Positions 1-12,459 of a stretch of DNA of 64,000 bases are shown here, piece after piece; the first letter of the stretch is position 1, and each line of letters begins with the position of its first letter. Position numbers and translations under genes: made by a program. Under the pieces are notes generated by a model. It was not told where the DNA came from, made no database searches, and saw nothing but the letters and a program-made list of their open reading frames with translations. The stretch comes from Lingula anatina (Eukaryota > Animalia > Brachiopoda), in the NCBI GenBank assembly GCA_051362555.1, contig CM120640.1:25406225-25470224 (forward strand), read 5' to 3'.

Positions 1-69
1 TTTCCAACCTCTTTTTGTCTTTGTCTTTTTAAAATCTTTTTTTAAAAATTATTTGATTATTATCATTTG

Positions 70-105
<36 letters not shown>

Positions 106-130
106 TGTTTGTAATATATTTAGTGCTCAC

Positions 131-853
131 TTTCTGATGTGCGCTCTGGCTGCTGGTAGTCCTGAGAGATCTTCCTGAAGAGTGTACATCTTAGCACCCA
201 GACAGTAGCCCTCTATGTAAGAGGGCCAGTGGAGAGGACGTGGATCTAGGTAAAAAGTCTAGAAAACCAAACATAAACACAATTATTCACAAAGATTATA
301 AAGAAAATTCTGTTATTGGTGCATGGGGATTTAAAGTTGTCTGGCATTTGCTTGAGGACCTCTGTCTTTCATTACAAATTTAAATACTTTCAAGAGTATA
401 TCTTCTACCTGAGTGTGTGAAATCCAGAAAAGAAAAAGTATAACGAATGAAAATAAAGAGAGATGTTTTCCACACCTTCTTGTCTTCTGCACTTAGTTTA
501 CTGAGCAGAACATCTCTGTTATGATGTGTCCACTCCCACTGGCGATGTGTAAAGTACTCAAGTGTGCCCATGATTTTGTGCACTTTTTCAAAAATTCGGA
601 CCATCCTGGAAAAAATAGGACAAGTCATTTCAAAATTGCACTGATATCCGAAATTCTACACTGAATTTGAAACAGGGGCCAGAGTCTTTTGAAAGTAACA
701 AAATAAAAAAGAATTAACCTGTTTACAACATTTAAATGTTAAATGCAAACAGAAAAGTAAAATTAAAATTCTTCCTTGAATTTTACTTAAATAATAATGT
801 CACTGTTTAAATATTTACACAATATACAGCAAACCTAGTGCCAAAGACTGTAA

Positions 854-888
<35 letters not shown>

Positions 889-1615
889 ATATCAATTTAC
901 CTTGGCTTCTGACCAATACATCTCAATCCCAGGTCAGTCAGGTAAGCTGGAATCAAGTGGCTGACCACCACCCAGTAGTTGTGGAGCCAGCTGAAAAGTT
1001 AAAGAAATGAACAGATTTAAGTGCCAAAATATACCTTTATCCAAACGAATATGAAAGCATTTTAATCTAATAATGACAGACAAATAAAAAATACAAAATA
1101 CTGTCAAATAAATCACCATCATTTAAGTGATTTTTTTTTTCAAATTAGACATCTACACACAATCTCCTAGCAAAATTCAACATTATGGGAAATATCATTT
1201 GATAGTCAATCACAATGAAAAGTTAAAAAAAAAAAAAAAACAGTTTACTTCTTCAAAGGAGGAATGCATATGCCATTTTAACTTATTATATTTCATCCAT
1301 TTAGGAAGACTGCTAAAACAACTCTGAACTAAAACAGGGCATCTTTTTTTGGGTACAGCATGTTTTGGGCAACATAAGTAAAATGCTGCTAACATCCATG
1401 GGGCAGGCTTGGAGAGATGGACAGACAGACAGGTAGAGGCAGTTATAATATTTACAGACAATAAAGTTGCACATAAAAATTGTTTTGAATTAATTTTTAT
1501 GTTGTTTAAAAATACACTGTGACCTACCCATCTTTGGTCATTAAGACAGTCTTTGGTCTGCGAAAGCAGTTGTCAAGAGGATACGACTTCCAATATTTCA
1601 TTACAAGTGGTTCTG

Positions 1616-1672
<57 letters not shown>

Positions 1673-4650
1673 TGCTGAGAAACTAAATTCATAAAATACT
1701 TTCATTCATTTAACAATTCTGAAATGTTTATTTCAATAAATATGCCTTCATTTATGCAAAAATAATTAAATAAAAAATAAACATTAAGAAGGGTGCTTTG
1801 AAAGTCTTTGGGAAAATGGAAGTAATTTTACTTTAAAAAATTCCTGGCAGTCAGATATATGTGTCTCAAGTATGATCTCACTGAATTCATAATAAAAACA
1901 TACCTAAAGAAAAGGCAAGGATACAGGATATAATCTCAAGTATAAAAAAAATTACCCTAGGGTAGATAAACTAACCCATTTCACCCCACGTCACGGGATT
2001 CTCATTGCCAATGGTAGTGTGGTAAATTAAGACCTCCTTTGGTTTGTGCACCACTGTGTGCCAGGCTGCGGCTAAAATCATGTTAACACACAGGTCCACT
2101 GGGATGATATCAGCAACAGCATTGGGATCGCCTTTGGAGATTTTCAGTAGACCTTTACCAGCCTGTAAGAATATTTATAGAATGTTTTGTTACAAATAGA
2201 TGCAAAATGTTAGCAGAAATTGTAGTTCAGTCATACTTTAAGTTTAATGTGAGATAAATTACATTAGATGCTTGCTTCCTTTAGTTAACCATTTAAAGTG
2301 TATGAGATTGTCATTTTAATGTATCTTATTACTTTAATTACAAGTCAGGAGTATTTAATTTGAAACTGGAAAACTGCTGAGTTCAGGCTTCAACTTGGAT
2401 GATACCTTTCAATATCTTATTACTTTAATGTTAAATATTTACCGCTACATAAAGGCCACCAGGTCCATTCAAGTTATCTATCCAGCCCTGGAAAAAAAAA
2501 CAAATATAGCGTAAGGCATCAGCCTTGTCCCATTTCACTACTGGATACCATCTATGGCATCTAGCTATTTTTGTAATTCTTTAAATGCTCCAAAATGCCC
2601 AGGTGCAAGTAATAAACTTACTGTATTTACCTGCACATGAAGCAAACTGATTTCATGTATATTTTACACAAACACTTATGAACTGATTTTGACGAATAAA
2701 AGCTTCATGGTAATAAAAAGAAAAAGTTTTATAATTGGTTGTAAGAACTGTATACACGGTAGTAAGCCTGCTTACAGAAACTGGTTCTCTCCATGCAGCT
2801 CCCACAATGGATGGCCTGACAATGGCCAGGGGAAGGTCCTTAGCTTCTGTCACCAGTATGTGCTCTGCCAACTGTTTGGTGTAGGTGTAAGTGTTGGGTT
2901 TATCCCCTATCAACTGGGGAGTTATCTTATTCAGCATTTCATCGGTCATCCACCTGGATCAATGAATTATAAGTAAGGCCCATTACTGTACAAATACCTA
3001 AATTCTATGATTATGTCAGATAAGCTGCAGGTGGTCATTTCAAGTGAAACTTGCAGACATTTCAAGTAAGGCCCACAGACGTTGCCACAAGTGGTCATAT
3101 CAAGTAAAACCCACAGACACTGCTGCATAGACATTGCTGTAGATGGTCATTTCAAGTTCAGCAACAAATGCAAAAAGTAAAATTTCCAAAAGCCCTATAA
3201 AGTCTAAACGTGCCATATGTACTTACTCTGCTGCTTCAATCAGTTTATTTGGGTCACAGGGAGGAGGGTATACAACTTCTTCTATGAAATGACGATCACA
3301 ATTGGCATATGCTGTAGAAACGTGAAGAAAAACCTGAAAGAGATATAGAACAATCAAAGTATGAATTATATTTTTTTAGTATAAACTGAGCCACTGTGGA
3401 GGTGATAGCCTTATGCACTTTTATAAAAACTGGTTATGTATATATTTGTTAAGAACATGGAAATGTTGCCTTTCAGAGTTTCAAGATGTAAGGAAGAATT
3501 AAATGACATGAGAAAAACACATTTTGTAATGCCAGCATACTTCATATCTGATTAAGAAAATAAATAAAAAAGATATTTCCCTTTGCCTTCCTCTGGTGTT
3601 AGAGTTGGTCATTCAATATTCTCCACAGACTATTAAACACTTAGAAATATCAACATCCACCTCTGTCTCCTTAGAAACCATTCACTAAATATAAAGCTAT
3701 GTATACTAGCAAATTGCTTTTCAAAACTTACATCTAGGTTTTTAATTTTTCTGCATAATGTAATCATCTTTTTAATGGCAATTGTATTCATCTCTAGGGC
3801 AACCCTGAAAATAATAATAAAAAAACATACTAACTAAAACTATCAAAGTTCAGGTTTTTGTGTTAAACAAAGGATGAGTTTTTACAAAATTATACATGAT
3901 GGTGGTAGTTTATCCTATGAATATATTTAGTGGAAGCCATTCATGTTGTTGGTTTAACACAAACTGAATTAACTGAAAGTGTAAACAATTACAATAAGGA
4001 AGACTTTCCTTGATATTCCTCATTTTTGGTTCTATGCTTTCAGTTTCAGTTGACGTGCATACTAGTACTTTCAGTTTCTTAAAAGCCTCATCAAACCATT
4101 TGCAGTTTCACAGAAATTGAATGGTGTATTAACCAAGAAAATGCTTACCTGAGCACCTCATCAAAACGCACAGTGGCTGCTGAATGAAAAACAATATTGA
4201 CATTATCTATCAGCAACTGCTGGTCCTCAGCACTGATGCCAAACTCTGGTTCCATCATGTCCCCACTGATACCACATAGCTTGTCACTGAAGTTAGGCTG
4301 CTCACTCCGAAGCTTATTAAAAACCTAGAAAAATAAGTTTTTTTGATTAATCTCACATCAAAATGTGGAAGTTTAATCGTTAGTTGTAATTAGGGGTCTG
4401 TAAAAAAGTGTGTGGGCATATGAACTGGTAATTTAATTCAAAGCATTAAACTTCATCTCACCTTTGATTTGACCAATTCCGTAAGCCTGTCTTGTACAGC
4501 TTGCCCTCTCTTAGGTCTCACCAGTATGTACAAGGTGCCCACATCTGGACAAGATCTCAGCAGCTTTTCTATCAGAACTTTGCCGATAAAACCTGTGGCC
4601 CCTGTCATAAAGACATTACGGCCTTGGTAGAATTCAGGAACTGACTGCAT
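131..4650 (-). CDS. FAR1: Fatty acyl-CoA reductase (FAR1/FAR2 family); 3' end lies beyond the window start
   Basis: Phase-compatible GT-AG exons 4650-4462, 4324-4149, 3804-3732, 3333-3227, 2953-2776, 2487-2443, 2162-1976, 1612-1528, 990-901, 605-476, 258-131. Motifs: TGATGFIG (NADPH Rossmann), [28 protein letters not shown] (YxxxK), [25 protein letters not shown]. Probable non-coding first exon with donor at 5611-5612. FAR1 vs FAR2 orthology is not resolvable by eye. Confidence 0.95.
851..890. repeat. (AAAT)n microsatellite
   Basis: Direct reading: about 10 tandem AAAT units in a FAR intron. Confidence 0.9.
1620..1671. repeat. (TA)n microsatellite
   Basis: Pure TA run just upstream of the FAR exon acceptor at 1613-1614. 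Similar runs at about 72-102, 11372-11427 and 17865-17930. Confidence 0.95.
3025..3160. repeat. Degenerate minisatellite (about 30-50 bp units) in FAR intron
   Basis: Recurring core (g/a)tggtcat(t/a)tcaagt...cagac at about 3031, 3091 and 3143, plus a partial unit at about 3059. Confidence 0.65.
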
Positions 4651-5612
4651 ACTGCTTATTGTCCTGAACTGTCAAAAAGAAAAAAATATATATAATTAGA
4701 ATCATTTTATTAATTTATTTATTTTTACATCAAATGGTTCTAATGTTTTCCATATCCATTAAGTATTTAATACATAAAAAGTAAAGACTGGTTTTACCTA
4801 AGGGGTTCCAACAGTTGGAACTCCTTGTATTACCATAATGTCCTGTTATAATGAAGTGATCTCAACATTTCTTTCATCCAATGTTAAGATGGAAAGAAAT
4901 ATGAAGCACTGCCACAAAGATCCAAGTGAAAATCTGAGTAATCTTCAAGGAGGTGCAGGTATAATATATAATTGCCAATCAAACATTAACTGAAATTAAG
5001 TAATTTATAAAGCACGAAAGTTACAAAATAGTTTAAAACAATAGCCTTTCATGTCAGAAGTTAAAGACTTAAATTTTATACAATAAATGAAGTACTGGGG
5101 TTGATGAACAAACCTGTGCAAAATGACAGAACTAATACACAACTGCCACAGAACTTTTTTTTACCATCATCCATGAGTTGGTTAAGTTTCACAACTTGTA
5201 CTAGGTTTTCTACTACATGTACCCCTAGCTCTGCTCATTGCATTTTGGTACATGCATTATATTCTGCATAGTGTCAACAGTACAGTTCTGTACTCAGTAT
5301 GTAACACCAACAGTACAATGAGGTACTTAAATGTTCTACATGTAACTACATGTATAACTGTAAGATAACTTGTGACCATGGACCCAGGACACATGTGACA
5401 GAGAGGTTATCAAATATGAACTCTCCAGCGTGTGTGGCTAATAATAGATTTCAAATTCAATAGCCAAGTCTCGCTACAGTAAGGTTAGCCGAATATATTT
5501 AGGAAAATCGATTTCTTCGTACATCGTACCTGGTTTTAAGCTAGTAAGTTTTTCCATCTGGACACTTCTACACCAATCGTGGATATTTTTTGGGTGACAT
5601 TATTCATTTTAC

Positions 5613-6150
5613 CTGATTTTTATTTCACCGGCACCGTTGCCAATAAACAGAACGTTGTATTTAGCGCTGGTGTTAAAATCAATTATGGCCGTTATTGAGT
5701 ACGAGTAACTTCGTTATATTAATATTCAAAACTACAATCTTATTAACCCACCTATAAGTCGTTATGTCCCTTTTTTGTTCAATAAAAACATTTGATGGCC
5801 TCAATCCTTTGACAACTAATACATCCACCGAAAAGATCGCGTCAAGTGTAGGGGTCCTTTTACTTTCACGCCCAGACAATATAGGTCACTAGGTCAAGGT
5901 CGGATATCAGCCGATGTGCAAATGATTTAGAAAATAATTTAGTGCATACAAAGAGTAAAGAAAAAAATAATCTGTATAAATTAAAAATAACATTAAACTA
6001 TCCATAAACTATTTATTTGAAATAAAATTTATAATATTAATAATTCAACTTGTGTTCCCACAATACCCACGTGTCATGGCAGCGCCCATGTTGACTCCTC
6101 TGGGTGTACACTTTTCAGTTGGTTACCGAGTTTAGTTACTGCTGCAGTGG
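5613..6150. promoter_or_regulatory. Probable divergent (bidirectional) promoter of FAR and CCDC91
   Basis: Head-to-head gene geometry, local CpG enrichment, nuclear-receptor repeat at 5878-5902, E-box CACGTG at 6068-6073. TSSs are not determinable from sequence. Confidence 0.55.
5878..5902 (+). promoter_or_regulatory. RevDR2/RORE nuclear-receptor element with adjoining DR0
   Basis: AATAT-AGGTCA-CT-AGGTCA-AGGTCG matches the Rev-erb/ROR-type WAWNT-RGGTCA extension and the CT spacer of RevDR2. Confidence 0.65.
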
Positions 6151-7098
6151 GTATTTTACATTATTTCATTTTAAAATGATAATAAAAAAAAATTTAGGAG
6201 TAATAAAGATACAGTTATGTGAGTAGGAAAAGTAAAAGGAATGCATTTTATGAGGCAAAAAATGGAAAAATTGCCTACGAATCTTTTACGTGAAGGACTT
6301 TCACGTACATGTATTCATGCAATATAAACCTGGTGTGACTGAGTTGCACAATACAGCGCAATACACTGATATTTACAGTTGAATCTAGAAATAACTGTAG
6401 TAGAGGGGTAAATATAAGGGGGTGGCATAAGAAGGAGTGTAATGTTAAACTCAACAAATATATGATATCCTGCAAAAATGTGTTCCTGCTTCCATAGTGA
6501 AAAATATATCATCAAATTTATAAGGTGTAAGTCATCATGTCTCTAATTTTTATTATTCTGAATTACAAAATTATTTTGCTGTCCCCTTGAAATAAATTTG
6601 TGATTTGTCACTGGTTGCTGGTCATCTTATATGGAACATCAACCTCTGGCACTCCTATTAACAAATTTTAGTGCTAAAATTTATGGTACATAACAATCAA
6701 GTGGAAGTAAGCTAATAGAATCAGTAAAAATGTCATTGTCACACTTTGTGACTTGTTATAAATTGAACAGATGAAGAACAAAAATAAACCTCTATATATT
6801 CTGAATCAATGCTTTGATGAAGGCTGAAAAATAGAGGTAAAGTTTAGGTAAAAATTATTTTCATTTCCAGCTAATGCAGGTCATCTTATCTGGTTTCAAC
6901 TCTGACTTTATAACATTTTAATATTATTTTATGCAGAAAATGTAAGTAGGAGTTCTAGAGACAGAAATGTTCAACTATTTGATGACCAAGAAACACTTGT
7001 TTTATGGCATGGTTTTACTTTCTTAGTGATGTATTTTTTATTTATTTATTATTTTTACCTCATTTTCATAACAGTTAAAGTATATTTAAACAGACAGC

Positions 7099-10000
7099 AT
7101 GGCAGATGATGAGGATGACTTTGAAGATTTTGGAGGATTTGAGGTACAAGTCAATCTCCTGATTCTTATGGTATTTCTTACTAATACCTCTTTAGTGGCT
7201 GTCTTTACGATATGTATATGACATTCTTTATTTACATGTTTTGCATTAAATTCTTTTATAACAGCACTATATGGCATATGATTAATTCTTTTATTGAAGA
7301 GCATCATTTGAAGAATATGAAAATACACCACTTTTTCAGCTACAGTAGTTCAAATTCAAATAAAAGTTTTAACCTTTTTGCTCAAATGCTGTTAAGAATT
7401 GTGAAGTTATATCAGTTTAACCGTATGGGATTTCATGCTTTGTTGTAGGCTGCTGAGCCTGTAGAACCTCAGATAGCACAACCAGTGCAAGGGTTACCAG
7501 CCACAGCTGTGCCATGGGCTTTTCTCACTGCAGGTATTCAGTGTGTAATGCACTGCCATGTTCACATCAGATAAATAAGACTGAAAAGAATAATGTCATC
7601 CCCAGAACTCCAGATTGTTATTAAAATAAGCATTTTAAAAAGGTGGATAGGGACCCTTTGACATTTGGTCTTCTGGTGGCATCTTCAGTTTGTTACCATA
7701 TTTATTTATTTTCATTCATTTACTTACTTATGTGAACACAATGTATATTTGATTATTATGTCAGTATTGCTTAAGGTGTTCATGGAAAAAACTGGATGCT
7801 CTGTTCTTCATACATTATTGGACAGCTAATTACATGTGATTTTAATGGCATAAACATAATTTTATTCATTCCTTCATTTAGGTTTCTATTGACAGGGTGA
7901 GGCATAATTATCATATTTACCTTTTCTAATCATTTTTTGTAAAACAAACTCTGATTGTGAAAATGAGTCAATGAATATTAATTATATTCAAACTCTGTTT
8001 TAGTGTCAACTGCAGCAGGGAACCAGCCTGATCTCATTCAACCCCCAGCATCAAAGGGACTCTCTTCAGAACAAGACACAAAGCTTCCACAGAGTGAAGA
8101 ACAGCAAAATGAACCATTATTTCAAGCAAATTTTGATCAACATCAGTTTCAGGGAAATTTTGACCTGCAAAATCATGATTTAGCTGCTCAGGTTTGTATA
8201 TTGAAATTGGACTAGGAAAGAAAAATCCAAAGAGTCTTATTAATGTGGTATTAATTCTCTTATTTTCCTGTACATAAAAACATTCGCACATTAGGAAAAA
8301 TGCAAAGAAAGTGCCAACTGTGTCCAGTATAACTCACCGACCCACTACTTCTGTGTATTGTATTGTATTCCTACCAATTGTAGCCTGAAGTTATTCCAAG
8401 GAATATTGAAAATGAACAGGTTGACTCTTCATCTTCCCTCCAACAAAATGTGACTGCAGGAGGAGAGGTAACTCCAGATCTTGCTCAAATTCAGCAAGTG
8501 AGTCATAGGAGCACAACCTCTTCAACCTCTGAGCCTTCACAATCTACAAGTCAATGTGTGGTGTCTGACTTGGAACAGAGTGCACAAAAAGACAGCTATA
8601 ATGCAAGCAACCATATAGACGCTAACTCAGTGGATGCTAAAGTGCAGAGTGTGACAGGCAGTGATGTAGGGACTGGGGGCAGTGGAGCTAAGGACTCAAA
8701 TGTAGATGTGCAGGAAGTGAAGCAGTTACAGGAAGCTCTCAGCTCATCTGAACAAGAGAAAATGGAATTGAAACAGGTAGGTGATGTTCTGGTAAGAAAG
8801 CATGTATGCGGATCCCCCTTCCATCAAAAACCTTGGTTGCATGTGAAATATTGAAATGGAATTGGAATATACTCTTTTATCATCTTCCATTTTATTTAAG
8901 GAAGTTTTATGAAAATGTTTTAGATTTGTCAGTTGATGAAATACTCTCCTTGTTATAATTTTTTACATTTTGTTTTGTTTTTGCGTAACACATCTGGTAT
9001 TTTTTTTCTATGAAACTATTTTCTTTTTTAAAAGGAGCTTGAAGCTTTATTGCACAGTAAGCAGCAACTCGAGCAACAGCTGGAAGAAAATAGAGAAAAA
9101 CTTGATACACTAAAGAAAAAGTATGAAGAAATGCAGGTAGGTAACTTGGTAACTTGTAATGTGTTGATCTAACACCTGTAAATTAAAATTGAAAACAGCT
9201 GAATAGCAGGGACATAAATGCAGAATACTGTTTTTTACAAATAATTTTGGTATAACTTGTGTTGAAATTGCTAGACAAGAGTGCAAAATGAAATTGCAAA
9301 ATAATAAAATAGATTAATAGATAAACAAACTTGTGAATGTTATCCTAGGTCAGCCATGAGAGTGCATTAGAGGATTTGAGAAAGGCTGGTCATGCTGCCC
9401 TCGCTGTGGTAGTAGAGGAATACAAGGTATTTGTTAAAATTCTTCAACTTGCTATATAATTTAACCTTTTTAAGTCTAATGGTGCACATTAATTACAGTA
9501 TTTTTGGTATCTGATAAGAATGCATTCATTTCATTTGACAGAAGCCATTTAAGTCAAAAACCCAATTGATATAGATTTATTACTCATCAGTCAGAAGTGG
9601 TCAATCTGGTGTATTTGAACAGATACAGATTAAATTGGTTACATTCCAGGAATTAAGTAAGACTGCAGTATGTGAACAACAGGTGGCAGCGCAGGAGCAA
9701 ATTAAAGAAGTCCTGAAAAGAGAAAGTGAAAGTTGCCAGGAAATCATGAAAGGCCAAGTAATTTGATTTTGCCAAATTCAATATTCATAAGTTAAGTCAC
9801 CATAACTCAGATAAAAGAAAGAAAGAGATCTCAAATATTCATTTGTCATGTAATAGCTGTTTTATCATAAATAACTGTAATTATTTTTATAAAACATACC
9901 CTGTATTAATCAAGCATGGCTGCAGTGTAATGGACATGTATATGTGAACTGAAATTCTCAATGCAAAAAGATATTTTGATTCAATTTGGAAAAAAAAAAC

Positions 10001-11366
10001 ATTGTGATTTTAGCAAGCAGATATGAATAAGCTGTTGGCTGATGCTAAAGAAGAGATGAAACAGCAAGCCAAAGAGGCTTTGGAAGAAGAAAGACAAAGA
10101 TTCCAGGTACATTTACAAGAGTTCCGTTGGATGACAACAGAAAATATGCCAGAACCAACTTCACAAAGTAAACGTCACATAGTAATTAAAGATTTGCACT
10201 TGAAGTTGTGGAAAGAAATGGTTGTGCTTATTCCACTTTTATTTTTCCATATTCATGTTCATTTGTTACAGTTATATAAATTCAATAAGAGACACTTCTC
10301 GTGGTAACTTGTAATATATTATGTAAGGTAATGAAGAAAAAGTTCATATGGGATAAGTAATCCATCACATTTTTCTTAATTTTAAAACTCGGTTAATTAA
10401 GCATTCTGAATCACTGTCTCTTCTCATAATGCAGCAGCTATTGGAGACTGCACTAGAAGAGGAAAGAGAGAGGAGTCATTTAGCTGTTCAGAAGGCTGTG
10501 AAGGTGAGCTTGGCTTTACTAGGTAACATAATGTTGAATTTATAGACTAACATAAAAGGATTTTTCAACATTTGCGTTTAAGTTTCCCATGTAAATATAA
10601 TATTATGGTTTAAGGGCATATTCCCAGACATTTAGATCGATCTATCCCCGTGGGGAGTCTCACTAGATTACTGTCAGATAATCCTGCTTAAATGTCCGTC
10701 CTGCCCACTACAAGCTGTAAGGGGGTAATTAACTTTCATGCCTGCTCAGCTGACAGCTATTTAGCGTGAACCCTCAGGGAGTTATGTCGATCTAGTTTAG
10801 ATCGATCTAATCTCTGGGAATGGGGTCTAACATTAAGGAATGTTACTGGCATCCTAAAATAACCTTTTTCGAAAAGAAAGGTAAAGATGTCTTCTTTTAA
10901 GGTACAGTCAGTTTGTTTGAGCATAGTTTAATATCTGAATACTAAACTGCTGATGAAATTAAAATCATCTCAAGATATTTTAAATAATACTGTAACAGGC
11001 TCATAACCAGGCAGTTGGGGTTCGAATAAACTACCTTTTTTGGTGGGAAAAGGTCCACATTGCGTCAAATTTGATCTAGATGTACAAAGGTTTCATGGTA
11101 AAGGGTTCACTTTAACAGAAAAAGAACTCCTGGCCTTTTGAAATAGCTGCTTTTACATGGTGATCTTTTTTTGTTTTAAGGAAGAGCAATGTGCTTGTGA
11201 AAAAGCTATAATGGAAGCAGTAAAAGCAGAGAGTGTGAGGACAACCCAGCTTCTTGAAGAAGAAAGGGTATGAACACTAACTTATTTGTGGAGATCATGA
11301 GAAATTTATGTTTTGAAATATACATTTTACATAATATGATCCTTTGTTCAAAGGCATAAAATTTGA

Positions 11367-11430
<64 letters not shown>

Positions 11431-12459
11431 AATAATTCATATTTACTTTCAGGAGAAAATGTCTGTTTTGATGAAAGAAGAGCAGACAAAAAGTTCAGAG
11501 ACATTGGGAATGGAGCTGGAAAAAGAAAGACAAAGTAGCAAGGTACAAGCATTAGAAAATGAACTTGTAATTTCACTAAGTGATTAACAAAGTCAGAGAA
11601 AATGTAAAAAAGAACTGTACCTTAGTTTCTGTAGAATGATTAAAAAAATTCAAAATTTTACCTGTAAAAATGGTTTTAGCCCTACATATTTTTTTACCTC
11701 TTTATATGTTAGCACAATATACAGAAAGTGGAAAGTGACATATTAATATGTTTTCACATTTCAACATTTAATGGCTTTGAAGAATTGGAATTAGGTGAAT
11801 GAAGCCAATTCAATGACAATAAAAAAGTTTCTCTTTTTATCCTAATATTTTCCTTCTCAGTAAATGAAAATATTAATTGAATTTCTCACGCATATGACAA
11901 CCTATACCAAATATTTCTGAATCAGGAATTTTTGAAAAAGTGCTTGGAAGAAGAACGACAGACTTGGGAAAAGACAGCAAAAGCCATGCGTGAAGATATG
12001 AGTGAAGATCTGCAGAGGCATTTTACTGATCAGAAACAAGTAAGTTGTTTCAACAAATAAATGAAGTATATTCAGTTTTTTTTCATGGCATATAAGGAAT
12101 GGAATAAATGGAGTTGATAATTAAAAGAAAATTAATATTTTTATACATTACACAGAAGAACATGCTTTACTTCACACAGGCTTCACAAGTATAGTTCACA
12201 AGTTTTCAATCAGCACATCTTTATAATAATCCTATGTGAAGTGGGGCATGTGACACCCACCAGTGCCATACTCACTCCCAAGAATTCCAGTTAATGGCCA
12301 TAGAGAGTTTCTTAAAAAATAAACTTATGCAGGCTCAATGTGTTCCAGGCTGACAGTGCACTAAGGCAGAAATCTCTGGCAACCATGGATATCTTTCTGG
12401 AGAGTGCACGCCACCAACTGAAGGTGCTAATGGAACAAGGGAAGGAGGATTGCAGTTAA
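7099..12459 (+). CDS. CCDC91: Coiled-coil domain-containing protein 91 (p56, GGA/AP-1 accessory protein)
   Basis: Exons 7099-7143, 7449-7533, 8004-8191, 8384-8776, 9035-9136, 9349-9426, 9650-9757, 10014-10106, 10435-10503, 11181-11267, 11453-11542 (or 11566), 11926-12039, 12349-12459. N-terminal DDFEDFGGFEAAE gamma-ear-binding motif, LRKAGHAALAVVVEEYK, long coiled coil, C-terminal RQKSLATMDIFLESARHQL; all resemble vertebrate CCDC91. Confidence 0.9.
10614..10827. mobile_element. PIF/Harbinger (Tourist)-like MITE
   Basis: Imperfect TIRs gggcatattcccagacatttagatcgatcta ... tagatcgatctaatctctgggaatggggtc, TAA on both flanks (10611-13, 10828-30), strong similarity to the inverted copy at about 43475-43720. 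Confidence 0.75.
10996..11150 (+). mobile_element. Degenerate copy of the 27006-27172 MITE family
   Basis: Colinear similarity caggctcataaccag...ggggttcgaa...aaaaggtccac...aaatttgatctag...cagaaaaagaac; right TIR eroded. Confidence 0.7.

Noticed and set aside
3144-3160. DR5-like TGGTCA-tttca-AGTTCA in a FAR intron
   Set aside because: It is one unit of a degenerate minisatellite and the first half-site is non-consensus, so it is probably incidental
4855-4910. Imperfect hairpin (atttctttcatc / gatggaaagaaat) in FAR intron 1 as a possible pre-miRNA
   Set aside because: AT-rich, short core stem and no recognisable mature miRNA; expected by chance or from a decayed MITE
11295-11587. ORFs with IYIYIY, ERERER, GGGG, FIYLFIY or THTHTH runs (also about 17704, 29252, 35643, 45730, 54425, 61059, 63489)
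   Set aside because: Translations of microsatellites, not proteins; only the parts overlapping real exons are coding
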